Assembly (NCBI GenBank): GCA_013203315.1
Contig: JABMQJ010000012.1
Span: 10,468-74,467, forward strand
Direction of reading: 5' to 3'
Source: Candidatus Omnitrophota bacterium
Lineage (GTDB): Bacteria; Omnitrophota; Gorgyraeia; JABMRN01; RBG-13-46-9
Length of the DNA stretch: 64,000 nt
The translations under genes were made by a program, and so were the position numbers. Below, piece after piece: positions 18,996-27,421 of the stretch; within the stretch, counting starts at the first letter, position 1; each line of letters opens with the position of its first letter. Below the pieces are notes generated by a model that worked only from the letters and a program-made list of their open reading frames with translations, did not search any database and was not told the origin of the DNA.

Positions 18996-20006
18996 ATGGA
19001 AAGGGTAAGATACCAGATAGACCCGCATAATAGGCTCGTTATCCGGAAAGCTGCCAGAAAAACACCCCTTCCGTATTTTAGAAAAGTCCTGACAGGCCGT
19101 TTTAAAATCGATAACGATAATGAGCTCACCTACCACGTAAAAACTCCCGTCCCGCATGGCAAAAATATTCCTCATCAGGTAAAGCTAAGAGGGCAATGGT
19201 CAGTAACAGATGATCATAATCTCCGTCTTACTTTTGACAAATGGGGAAGGGAGACTTTCGGCGATCGGCTTACCATAAAAGGCGATATCGTAGACACGAG
19301 TAAAAATTCATTCCTCTTTGCAATCACTACAAAAACAAAAGAAAATACCCGCTCAACATATATACTTAGACTTCAAGGGGTATGGCAGGCCGATAAAAAT
19401 AACCGTCTTACATTTAGGATAACAAAGGAGGATGGTAGGCATGATATTCTGGTATTAGACGGTATCTGGGAAATAAATAAAAACTATCAGATTATTTATA
19501 AATACGAAAAGGCGCATCTTGTAAGAAAACGAAAAAAACTTCACACCCTTATTTTTAAGGGCTATTGGGATATCTCCGGAAAAAAGCGTATATCATATAT
19601 AATTGACGCAAAATCCGGTTCCGTGTTTAACTTTAAAACCGGCCTTGACATATTCAGGGCCGGTTATGTAAAATATGAACTAGGTGTAAAGCTCTCATAC
19701 AGCCCTAAACCGGTTAAGCGCAAGATTACTCTTTCCGGTGCCTGGAAGATTAAGAGAAATCTAGGGCTTGTATTCGAAATGGCATACAAAAATCAAAAAC
19801 TTCACGCCATAATTTTCGGCGCCGAAGCAAGATTGACGGCAAGAGATATGGTATCTTTCAGGCTTAGAAATGAATTAAATAAAGACATGGGCGTAACCTT
19901 AAAGCTGTCGCATAAAATATTAAAAGGGGACGGCGAGGCTTTTTTAAAATTACTTAGGTCGAAAAAAGAATGCGCCGTATTAGCAGGTTCGGGGTGGAAA
20001 TGGTAA
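18996..20006 (+). CDS. Hypothetical basic all-beta protein with ~30-aa hairpin repeats and a C-terminal Trp
   Basis: 336-aa ORF in operon; recurring (L/F)xGxWxI(D/N)xxxxLx(F/Y) units; ends AGSGWKW; no signal peptide (in-frame TAG at 18975-18977). Confidence 0.8.
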   Translation: MERVRYQIDPHNRLVIRKAARKTPLPYFRKVLTGRFKIDNDNELTYHVKTPVPHGKNIPHQVKLRGQWSVTDDHNLRLTFDKWGRETFGDRLTIKGDIVDTSKNSFLFAITTKTKENTRSTYILRLQGVWQADKNNRLTFRITKEDGRHDILVLDGIWEINKNYQIIYKYEKAHLVRKRKKLHTLIFKGYWDISGKKRISYIIDAKSGSVFNFKTGLDIFRAGYVKYELGVKLSYSPKPVKRKITLSGAWKIKRNLGLVFEMAYKNQKLHAIIFGAEARLTARDMVSFRLRNELNKDMGVTLKLSHKILKGDGEAFLKLLRSKKECAVLAGSGWKW

Positions 20007-20740
20007 CTAAGCTTGCCGCAGCGGTAATCGTCGTTATGCTAACCTACGCGCCAAGTATAATTGCCGATACAATTATACTTAAAAATGGCGAAGAAATAGT
20101 AGGAAACGTGGTTAGTGAATCCGGCGAAGGTGTAGTAGTAAGCAAACAGGGCGGAAGCTTTGTATATTCAATTTCAAAAAATAGAATAAAAAACATAAGA
20201 AAATCAACCCCGGGGGAAGAAGCCTGGCAGGAGAAAAAAGAGGGGCGTTTCTACAAAACGGATAAGAAAAATATTTCCGAACAAAAAAGCAAGTGGAAAG
20301 AATACCGTTTATCGGAATACAAAAAAGAAGTGATTGCAGCAGATCGTGCCCAGGGCAGAATGCGCGTTCATTTTACGAATAATAAATTTGGCGTTGTGGA
20401 TGTGGTTCTGAATGATAAAATAAGGGCCTCGCTTTTCGTTGACACGGGTGCTAGTTTTGTATCGATTTCCGAGAAAACAGCCGGAGACCTAAAGATTGAC
20501 TTAGGGTCGCTTCCGAAGATCAAGCTTATACTCGCAAACGGAAGCGAGGTAGAGGGGTATTCTACTACGCTCGATTCAGTCGAAGTCGGCAATGCCCGCA
20601 TCGAAAATGTTAAAATCGCTATACACAAGATGTCTGACTCCGGCAAGGTAGACGGCCTCCTCGGCATGTCCTTCCTGAAGCACTTCCACGTAAAACTTGA
20701 TTCACAAGAGAACTGTCTCATCCTCGAAAAATACCAGTAA
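20000..20740 (+). CDS. Exported retropepsin-like (clan AA) aspartic protease
   Basis: Signal-peptide-like N-terminus from ATG 20000, DTIILKNG..I.G module, catalytic FVDTGAS, ANG flap, GLLGMSFL. Overlaps the upstream stop codon. Confidence 0.85.
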   Translation: MVTKLAAAVIVVMLTYAPSIIADTIILKNGEEIVGNVVSESGEGVVVSKQGGSFVYSISKNRIKNIRKSTPGEEAWQEKKEGRFYKTDKKNISEQKSKWKEYRLSEYKKEVIAADRAQGRMRVHFTNNKFGVVDVVLNDKIRASLFVDTGASFVSISEKTAGDLKIDLGSLPKIKLILANGSEVEGYSTTLDSVEVGNARIENVKIAIHKMSDSGKVDGLLGMSFLKHFHVKLDSQENCLILEKYQ

Positions 20741-20769
20741 TTCGAACACTCCTTTTTCTGCGCACAAAT

Positions 20770-20798
20770 TTGACAAAAGTTAGTTCCTAATGTATACT
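20770..20798 (+). promoter_or_regulatory. Sigma70-type promoter for the cheR/pilus operon
   Basis: TTGACA-N17-TATACT. Confidence 0.78.
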
Positions 20799-20884
20799 TA
20801 TTGAGTTCAGGATATTTGTTGAGTTTTAGATATAAAGGACACCACAATATTAACTCATAATATTAATATCATAATACTAAGTAA

Positions 20885-22399
20885 ATGCCTGCAACAGTAG
20901 ATATAAGAAACCAATTTAAGACTTTTGTAGCCAACCGTGGCGGCCTATATTTTAAGGACCACGACCTAAAGAACCTCGAAAGCGCTATCTCCGCACGAAT
21001 GAAATCCCGCGGAATGCATTCATTTCCCGGATACTATGCATACCTTACAACCGCCGAAGAGAAAGAAGATGAGTTCAGAGAACTCTTAAATCTTCTAACG
21101 ATAAACCACACATACTTCTTCAGGAACGAACCACAATTCAAGGCTCTGAGGGAAAAGGTTTTGCCCAATGTGATTGAGAAAAAACGACAAGAAGCAAGCG
21201 CATCAGGCGAGGAAAAACCCGCGTTACGCATATGGAGCGCCGGTTGTGCGACAGGACAGGAGCCATATTCAATTGCAATGATAGTGCGTGATCTTATAGA
21301 AGACATAGATGATTGGGACGTACAAATACTCGCCACTGACGCGTCCGAAAATGCATTACAGAATGCACGAAAAGGCACATATAGCCAGAACTCGGTAAAG
21401 CATGTTGATGAAACGCGCCTCGCGAGATATTTTACAAAAGAAGGGAATACCGAGCGCGATACAAAATACCGGATACAGGAAAACATTAGAAGAATGATTA
21501 ATTTTGCCTTTTTCAATCTCATGGAGGAAAGTTTCCCTACGGGTTTTGATATCATATTTTGCCGCAACGTTGTCATATATTTCGAATTTGAAACAACTGT
21601 AAAGGTTATGAATAAGCTTTATTCCGGCCTTTTAGACGGCGGTTACATGTTCATAGGCTATTCCGAAACGCTTCAATTCATGCAGGACAGGCTTCAGATG
21701 ATAAGTTGGGAAGACGCGATATATTATCACAAGGCCAAAGGAAAAGCACCTGTTTATACGGAATTCGCCGAACCCCTGCCTGCTAAAGAGGAGATAGATC
21801 TAGATAAGGTCCTGGAAGAAATCTCAAAGGCAGAAGCCACCGCGAACTTAGAGGCCGAGACAAAAAAAGCGCCGCCTACTCAAAAAATAGAGAATATGCT
21901 CATTCAGATTATTAAAGCCATGCACCTAAAGCAATACGACAAGGCCCTCTCACTTATTGAAGAAGCAAGTTCAGTGGACGATAAAGTGGTCGACCCTCAT
22001 TATCTGGCGGCCGAGATTTTTATAAACCAGGGAAAAAGAGGCGAGGCAAAGACAAGGCTTTCTACCGCGCTAAAACTCGATTCGCTTTTCGCGCCGGCGC
22101 ATTATCTTTATGGTTGTATATACGTGGAGGAAAGCGATCTTGATAACGCGAAAAAAAGTCTGAAAAAAGCCTTATTCATAGATAAAAATTTCTTATTGGC
22201 GCATTTTTATCTTGCTCAGGTTTTCAAAACCGAGGGACGCACAAAGGATGCGATCAGGGAATACAGAAATAGCCTGAAACTCTTGTCCGGGGCTGCGCCC
22301 GGAGATATTATAGCCTATAGCGGCGGGTTTAATGCTGCTACATTCATGAGTGTTTGCAGGGATAATCTGGAAAGACTAAAAATAGAATACGGAGATTAA
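20885..22399 (+). CDS. cheR: CheR-type methyltransferase with C-terminal TPR repeats (WspC/FrzF-like architecture)
   Basis: TYFFRN, RIWSAGCATGQEPYSIAM, ILATD, FDIIFCRNVVIYF; then TPRs (ALKLDSLFAPAHYLYG, ALFIDKNFLLAHFYLA). Confidence 0.88.
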   Translation: MPATVDIRNQFKTFVANRGGLYFKDHDLKNLESAISARMKSRGMHSFPGYYAYLTTAEEKEDEFRELLNLLTINHTYFFRNEPQFKALREKVLPNVIEKKRQEASASGEEKPALRIWSAGCATGQEPYSIAMIVRDLIEDIDDWDVQILATDASENALQNARKGTYSQNSVKHVDETRLARYFTKEGNTERDTKYRIQENIRRMINFAFFNLMEESFPTGFDIIFCRNVVIYFEFETTVKVMNKLYSGLLDGGYMFIGYSETLQFMQDRLQMISWEDAIYYHKAKGKAPVYTEFAEPLPAKEEIDLDKVLEEISKAEATANLEAETKKAPPTQKIENMLIQIIKAMHLKQYDKALSLIEEASSVDDKVVDPHYLAAEIFINQGKRGEAKTRLSTALKLDSLFAPAHYLYGCIYVEESDLDNAKKSLKKALFIDKNFLLAHFYLAQVFKTEGRTKDAIREYRNSLKLLSGAAPGDIIAYSGGFNAATFMSVCRDNLERLKIEYGD

Positions 22400-22401
22400 T
22401 T

Positions 22402-22581
22402 ATGAAACTAACAGTATTTACTCTGAAAGATAAGGAATACGGAGTTGACATGATGGTAACGGCTTCAGCCGACGCAGTGGACGCAGTAAAGGCAAGAAAA
22501 ATGGGCGCGGACGATTATTACGCAAAGACGAGCGACTTATCCATTTTAGTCAAAGCTATAAAAAAAATAACTGAAATATAA
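22402..22581 (+). pseudogene. 59-aa chimeric remnant: CheW N-terminus fused to a receiver-domain C-terminus
   Basis: Manual translation MKLTVFTLKDKEYGVD-MMVTASADAVDAVKARKMGADDYYAKTSDLSILVKAIKKITEI; GGAG RBS at 22391; absent from the supplied ORF track. Confidence 0.72.
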
Positions 22582-22595
22582 AAAAACACTTAAAT

Positions 22596-25500
22596 ATGGA
22601 AAAGCAAATCAAACATAAGACTAGCTTGAGGCGAAAAATCGCGTTTCTTATTGTATTTTCCTGTCTTATCGTTATGCTTACAGGTTTTGGGTTGGGGTAT
22701 TTATGGGGATTCAATTTGTTGCGTACTACAATAGGCGAAAGCCATGTCAGCATGGCCGATTTAATTTCAGAATCTGTTAGCAGAATTCTCAACGAAGAAG
22801 TCTCGGATCTTCACATATACATGTCGCTTCCGTTACGCAGGGGCATGATTGAAAAGCAAAATCTCAAATATAGAGGAATGAATGAAGAGGCCGTTAGCAG
22901 ATATTTTAAAGATATGGACGAAAAGTGGAAAGGGACACAAAAAGACAATCCTTTGATCGAAGAATTGTTAGCGACAGAAACCAGCAACAGGTTGAAAAGC
23001 TTAGTAGCCGGAGATGCCGGTATTGCAGAAATTTTCATGACTGATGTGCAAGGAGGGTTAGTCGCTTCCTCAAACAAAACAAGCGATTTTTACCAGGCAG
23101 ACGAAATCTGGTGGCAAAAAGCTTTTAACAACGGAAAGGGCGCTGACTTTATCGGGGATGCAGAACTTGATACGTCGTCTAATGTAATAAGCATAAGCTT
23201 AGCCGTCCCCATAAGAGGCGATTCAGGAGAAGTGATAGGTGCCTGCAAGGCTGTCATGGATGTGAACCGTTTGTTTGAGCCCTTAAAAGATTTTGTTATC
23301 GGAAAAACAGGTCATGCAGTGTTGATTAACAAAAAAGGCGTTATCATTTTTCAAGAGGACATCACACCTTTAAGCCAAAGCCTAACAAGCGAAGAAAATT
23401 TGCAAAAAATATTAGAAACCCCAAAAGGGTGGATAATTACAAGCAAACCTAACGAGCATAACAAAAAAACATTTATTGCGTTCACGGCAAGCAATTACTC
23501 TCTCTTTTTGCGAGAAGGGATACTGTGGAAGGTATGCGTAGGCCAAAATGCCGATGAAGTGTTTGCGCCATTGAATACTTTAATGTTTCAGCTTTTTATA
23601 GTTGTCATTCTTGCCGCCGCAATTCTTGTTTTGGCTAGTGCGGTGTTTAGTGCAGCGTTCATTAAGCCGCTAATTGAGCTTCGCAATGCTACGGAGAAAA
23701 TCGCGAAGGGTGATTTAGACTACCATATAGAAGTAAAAACGGGCGACGAAATCGAAGAATTTGCCGATTTTTTCAACCGGATGACTGACGAGTTAAAAAA
23801 ATCTACTAGATCCGTCAGTGCGCTAAATAAAGAAATCACCGAGCGTAAGAAAGTAGAATATGCACTTAAAGAAAGCGAGGAAAGATATAGAGTGCTGTAC
23901 GATTCCTCGCGCGATGCCATTATGACATTGATGCCCGGGGGGAAATTTTTAAGCGGCAATCCTGCTACATTAGAAATGTTTGGGTGCAAGGATGAAAAAG
24001 AATTTATTTCTAAAACCCCAGCTGATTTATCACCGGAATATCAACCCGATGGGGAACTTTCTAGCGTAAGAGCGAAGCAGATGATGGACATGGCAATGGA
24101 AAAAGGTTCGCACTTTTTTGAATGGACGCATAAGAACGTAGGCGGAAAGAATTTTTTCGCTACAGTATTATTGACCCGAATGAAAATGGGAAATAAAGAA
24201 TTTTTGCAAGCGACAGTCCGTGATATTTCCGTGTCTAAGAATATAGAGACTAAAGTAAGGCAAGCAGCAGAAGAATGGCAGCGCACATTTGATTCGATAG
24301 CGGATTTGGTATTTATTCAGGATACGAATTTCGTTATACTGAAAGCAAACAGGGCGTTTGCCGAAGCGATTAAAATGAAACCCGAAGACATTATCGGCAA
24401 AAAATGTTATGATTTATTGCATGGTCGGGATAAGCCATGGCCAAACTGTCCGTTTGAAAAAACAAAACACGACTCGAAGGCCCACACCGAAGAGGTGGAC
24501 GACCCAAATATTGGCCTACCACTTTCGGTTTCAACTTCGCCGATATTTGACAAAAAAGGTAAATTGGTGGGCAGCGTGCATATTGCCCAGGACATAAGAG
24601 CCAGAAAGAAAGCAGAGAAAGTCTTTCAGGACACAAAAGACGAATTGGAAAAACAGACCTGGGGGCTCAGAAAAAGCAACGAAGCCATCAAGTCTCTCTA
24701 TAAAGAGTTGGAGGGAAGCAATAAAGAACTCCAGAAGTTGGACCAATTAAAATCCGATTTCGTGTCAACCGTTTCACACGAATTACGCACGCCGCTATCT
24801 ATAACTAAAGAAGGCATATCCTTGGTCCTGGATAGGGTAACCGGTGATATTAGCGGAAAACAGGAAAAAATACTCTCTACGGCAAGGGATAACATAGATC
24901 GCTTAGCTCGAATAATAAATGACCTACTTGATATATCCAAAATCGAAGCAGGCAAGGTCGATTTGAAAAAAGCCCTCGTGGATCTTTCAGGTAAGATAAA
25001 GGACGACTGCACATTATGGAAAATAGATGCGGATAAAAAAAATCAAACCTTACAAATTTCCGTGCCGGATTCCCCGGTTAGCATTTATGTTGATCCTGAC
25101 AAGATGGACCAAATTCTTCTTAATCTCGTATCGAATGCCGTAAAATATACCCCTGATAAAGGAAAAATAAAGGTTGAGTTAAAAGATAAAGAAGGCGAGG
25201 TAGAGGTTTCTATTTCCGATACAGGCGTTGGCATTGCCAAGGAGGATTTTCATAAGTTATTCGGTAAATTTCAACAGTTCAGCAGGGCCATAGGCCCAGG
25301 GGCAAAAGGCACGGGGCTTGGCCTTGCCATTGTTAAGCAGCTTGTTGAAATGCACAAGGGTAACATACGCGTTGAAAGCGAGCTCCACAAAGGTAGCAAA
25401 TTTATCTTTTCTATTCCCAAGCTGGATGTTGAAGAGGTGTTTAGGGAATATATTAGTAGCGGGATAAAACAGGCAGCCGATAGAAAAACGCATCTTTCAC

Positions 25501-25844
25501 TTCTTATTGTGCACGTGGTGAATTTCAAGCAAATTTTTGAAGAGCTGGGCTATGATAAGGCGCACGCTTTACTTAAGGACATTGCGAAAGAGACAAAGGG
25601 ATCGCTGCGTCGCCGTGCGGATAGCGTGGTAAGAGATACGGGCGATCTTATTGTGCTTCTATTCGATACGCGCAAGGAAGATGTGGCGGTTGTGAGGAAG
25701 AGGGTTGAAAAAACAATTAGCGATTATCTATCCGGCGGCAAAGAAAAATTTCTTAAAAATATCAGCATAACTTTCGGTAACGCAACATATCCCGATGAGG
25801 CAATCACTGATGAGGAATTACTAAAAAAGGCAAGACCCGCGTAA
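22596..25844 (+). CDS. Multidomain histidine kinase: Cache-like, HAMP, PAS, PAS, HisKA, HATPase, degenerate GGDEF
   Basis: Two TMs, DFYQADEIWWQKA Cache signature, HAMP (KPLIEL..DEIEEFADFFNRM), SHELRTPL, NLVSNAVKY; C-terminal GGDEF-like fold with RDTGD at the active site. Confidence 0.88.
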   Translation: MEKQIKHKTSLRRKIAFLIVFSCLIVMLTGFGLGYLWGFNLLRTTIGESHVSMADLISESVSRILNEEVSDLHIYMSLPLRRGMIEKQNLKYRGMNEEAVSRYFKDMDEKWKGTQKDNPLIEELLATETSNRLKSLVAGDAGIAEIFMTDVQGGLVASSNKTSDFYQADEIWWQKAFNNGKGADFIGDAELDTSSNVISISLAVPIRGDSGEVIGACKAVMDVNRLFEPLKDFVIGKTGHAVLINKKGVIIFQEDITPLSQSLTSEENLQKILETPKGWIITSKPNEHNKKTFIAFTASNYSLFLREGILWKVCVGQNADEVFAPLNTLMFQLFIVVILAAAILVLASAVFSAAFIKPLIELRNATEKIAKGDLDYHIEVKTGDEIEEFADFFNRMTDELKKSTRSVSALNKEITERKKVEYALKESEERYRVLYDSSRDAIMTLMPGGKFLSGNPATLEMFGCKDEKEFISKTPADLSPEYQPDGELSSVRAKQMMDMAMEKGSHFFEWTHKNVGGKNFFATVLLTRMKMGNKEFLQATVRDISVSKNIETKVRQAAEEWQRTFDSIADLVFIQDTNFVILKANRAFAEAIKMKPEDIIGKKCYDLLHGRDKPWPNCPFEKTKHDSKAHTEEVDDPNIGLPLSVSTSPIFDKKGKLVGSVHIAQDIRARKKAEKVFQDTKDELEKQTWGLRKSNEAIKSLYKELEGSNKELQKLDQLKSDFVSTVSHELRTPLSITKEGISLVLDRVTGDISGKQEKILSTARDNIDRLARIINDLLDISKIEAGKVDLKKALVDLSGKIKDDCTLWKIDADKKNQTLQISVPDSPVSIYVDPDKMDQILLNLVSNAVKYTPDKGKIKVELKDKEGEVEVSISDTGVGIAKEDFHKLFGKFQQFSRAIGPGAKGTGLGLAIVKQLVEMHKGNIRVESELHKGSKFIFSIPKLDVEEVFREYISSGIKQAADRKTHLSLLIVHVVNFKQIFEELGYDKAHALLKDIAKETKGSLRRRADSVVRDTGDLIVLLFDTRKEDVAVVRKRVEKTISDYLSGGKEKFLKNISITFGNATYPDEAITDEELLKKARPA

Positions 25845-25871
25845 AGCACCCAATGCTTAAAAGGAGGATGA

Positions 25872-26246
25872 GTGGCAAAGATGAAAATACTACTTGTTGA
25901 CGATGAGCCAATGTTTATCGAAATAATGAAAACAAGGCTGGAGGCCGACGGCTGCGAGGTAATTACCGCTTCCGACGGAAAACAGGCGCTTGACAGGATA
26001 GCGCAAGACAAACCTGATGCGGTTTTGCTGGATATTCTTATGCCCGTATTGGACGGGATGTCTGCGCTTGAAATGATAAGAAAGAAGGATAAAGAATTAC
26101 CCGTATACATGCTGACTGCTTTCTCGACCGAAGATAGAATTAAAGAGGCAAAAAGGGCCGGCGCTTCCGGGTTCCTTGTTAAAGACGGTGAGTTGAAAGA
26201 AGAAATTGGCGGTATAGTAGATCAATTAAAGAAAAATAAATCCTAA
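25872..26246 (+). CDS. Single-domain response regulator (receiver 1 of 4)
   Basis: ILLVDDE, LLDILMP, MLTA, conserved Lys (VKDG). Confidence 0.92.
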   Translation: MAKMKILLVDDEPMFIEIMKTRLEADGCEVITASDGKQALDRIAQDKPDAVLLDILMPVLDGMSALEMIRKKDKELPVYMLTAFSTEDRIKEAKRAGASGFLVKDGELKEEIGGIVDQLKKNKS

Positions 26247-26264
26247 CATGAAAAAGGAGGGTGC

Positions 26265-26648
26265 ATGAATAAGAAGAAAATCCTGATAATAGACGATGAA
26301 GTGGACCTGGTTGATTTAGTCAAGATGAGGCTTGAGGTGGCGAACTATTATGTGTTACCGCTTTATACGAGTACGCGCAGCCTCGAGATAGCGAAAAGAG
26401 AAAAACCCGACCTGGTTCTTCTGGATGTAATGATGCCGGATAAAAACGGGTATGAGGTCTGCAAGGAGCTAAAAGCCGACGAGGCAACGCGCCATATCCC
26501 CGTAATTATATTTACCGCAAAACCTGAACAGAAAGAACGCATTAAAAAAGACGCTGAATTGGCCGGAGCCGATGACTACATCTTGAAACCTTTTGACCCG
26601 GCGGATTTAACTAAAAAGATCGAAAAACTCCTAAAAAAGGGGGTGTAA
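26265..26648 (+). CDS. Single-domain response regulator (receiver 2 of 4)
   Basis: ILIIDDE, LLDVMMP, FTA, KPF. Confidence 0.92.
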   Translation: MNKKKILIIDDEVDLVDLVKMRLEVANYYVLPLYTSTRSLEIAKREKPDLVLLDVMMPDKNGYEVCKELKADEATRHIPVIIFTAKPEQKERIKKDAELAGADDYILKPFDPADLTKKIEKLLKKGV

Positions 26649-26649
26649 A

Positions 26650-27027
26650 ATGAGTAAGAAAAGAATATTAGTCATTGATGATGAGTTGGAATTAGTGGCC
26701 ATGCTAAAAATCAGGCTGGAAGCAAATAACTACGAGGTTGTTACAGCAGGTGACGGCGAAGAGGGTATGGAAAAGGCTAAAACCGAAAAGCCGGACTTAA
26801 TCATTCTGGACATCATGATGCCTAAAAAAGACGGCTACACATTTATTAAGGAAATGAGAACCGAGCAAGGTATAAAAAGTACGCCTGTTATCATACTTAC
26901 CGCTAAGGCGAAAATGCAGGATTTGTTTGCAATCGAAGGCGCGAAAGATTACATTGTAAAGCCTTTCGAAGCTACGGAACTCCTGGAGAAGATAGCAAGA
27001 TATTTTAAGAATACAGGAAGCGAGTAA
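26650..27027 (+). CDS. Single-domain response regulator (receiver 3 of 4)
   Basis: ILVIDDE, ILDIMMP, LTA, KPF. Confidence 0.92.
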   Translation: MSKKRILVIDDELELVAMLKIRLEANNYEVVTAGDGEEGMEKAKTEKPDLIILDIMMPKKDGYTFIKEMRTEQGIKSTPVIILTAKAKMQDLFAIEGAKDYIVKPFEATELLEKIARYFKNTGSE

Positions 27028-27044
27028 AGAACCGGAGGGTGAAA

Positions 27045-27419
27045 ATGCCTGATAAAAAGAGGATCTTAATAGTCGACGACGAAATGCAATTGGTGGAAAT
27101 GGTAAAGATACGCCTCGAGGCTAACGGCTACGAAACTTTAGCAGCTTATGACGGCCAGACAGGGCTGAATATGGCAAAAAAAGAAAAACCCGATTTAATC
27201 ATATTGGATTTGATGATGCCCAAAATGGACGGATATAAAGTTTGTGCCCTTTTGAAAAGAGATTCCAGATACTCAAAAATTCCCGTACTGATATTTACGG
27301 CAAAGGCGCAGGAAGAAGACGCAAAAATGAGCGAAGAAGCCGGTGCTGACGCATACCTTGTCAAACCCTTTGAACCGGAGGCACTACTAGGCAAAATAAG
27401 CGGATTATTGAAGGAGTGA
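27045..27419 (+). CDS. Single-domain response regulator (receiver 4 of 4)
   Basis: ILIVDDE, ILDLMMP, FTA, KPF. ATG 27045 preferred from GGAGGG spacing (ORF track uses GTG 27039). Confidence 0.92.
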   Translation: MPDKKRILIVDDEMQLVEMVKIRLEANGYETLAAYDGQTGLNMAKKEKPDLIILDLMMPKMDGYKVCALLKRDSRYSKIPVLIFTAKAQEEDAKMSEEAGADAYLVKPFEPEALLGKISGLLKE

Positions 27420-27421
27420 AC

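Noticed and set aside
17931-20884. c-di-GMP riboswitch in the leaders of the signalling region
   Set aside because: No GEMM-like conserved stems or motifs were visible in these short AT-rich leaders.
22385-22444. 10-bp direct repeat GAATACGGAG at the cheR end and inside the chimeric ORF
   Set aside because: Both copies encode EYG and neither sits at the inferred deletion junction; probably coincidental.
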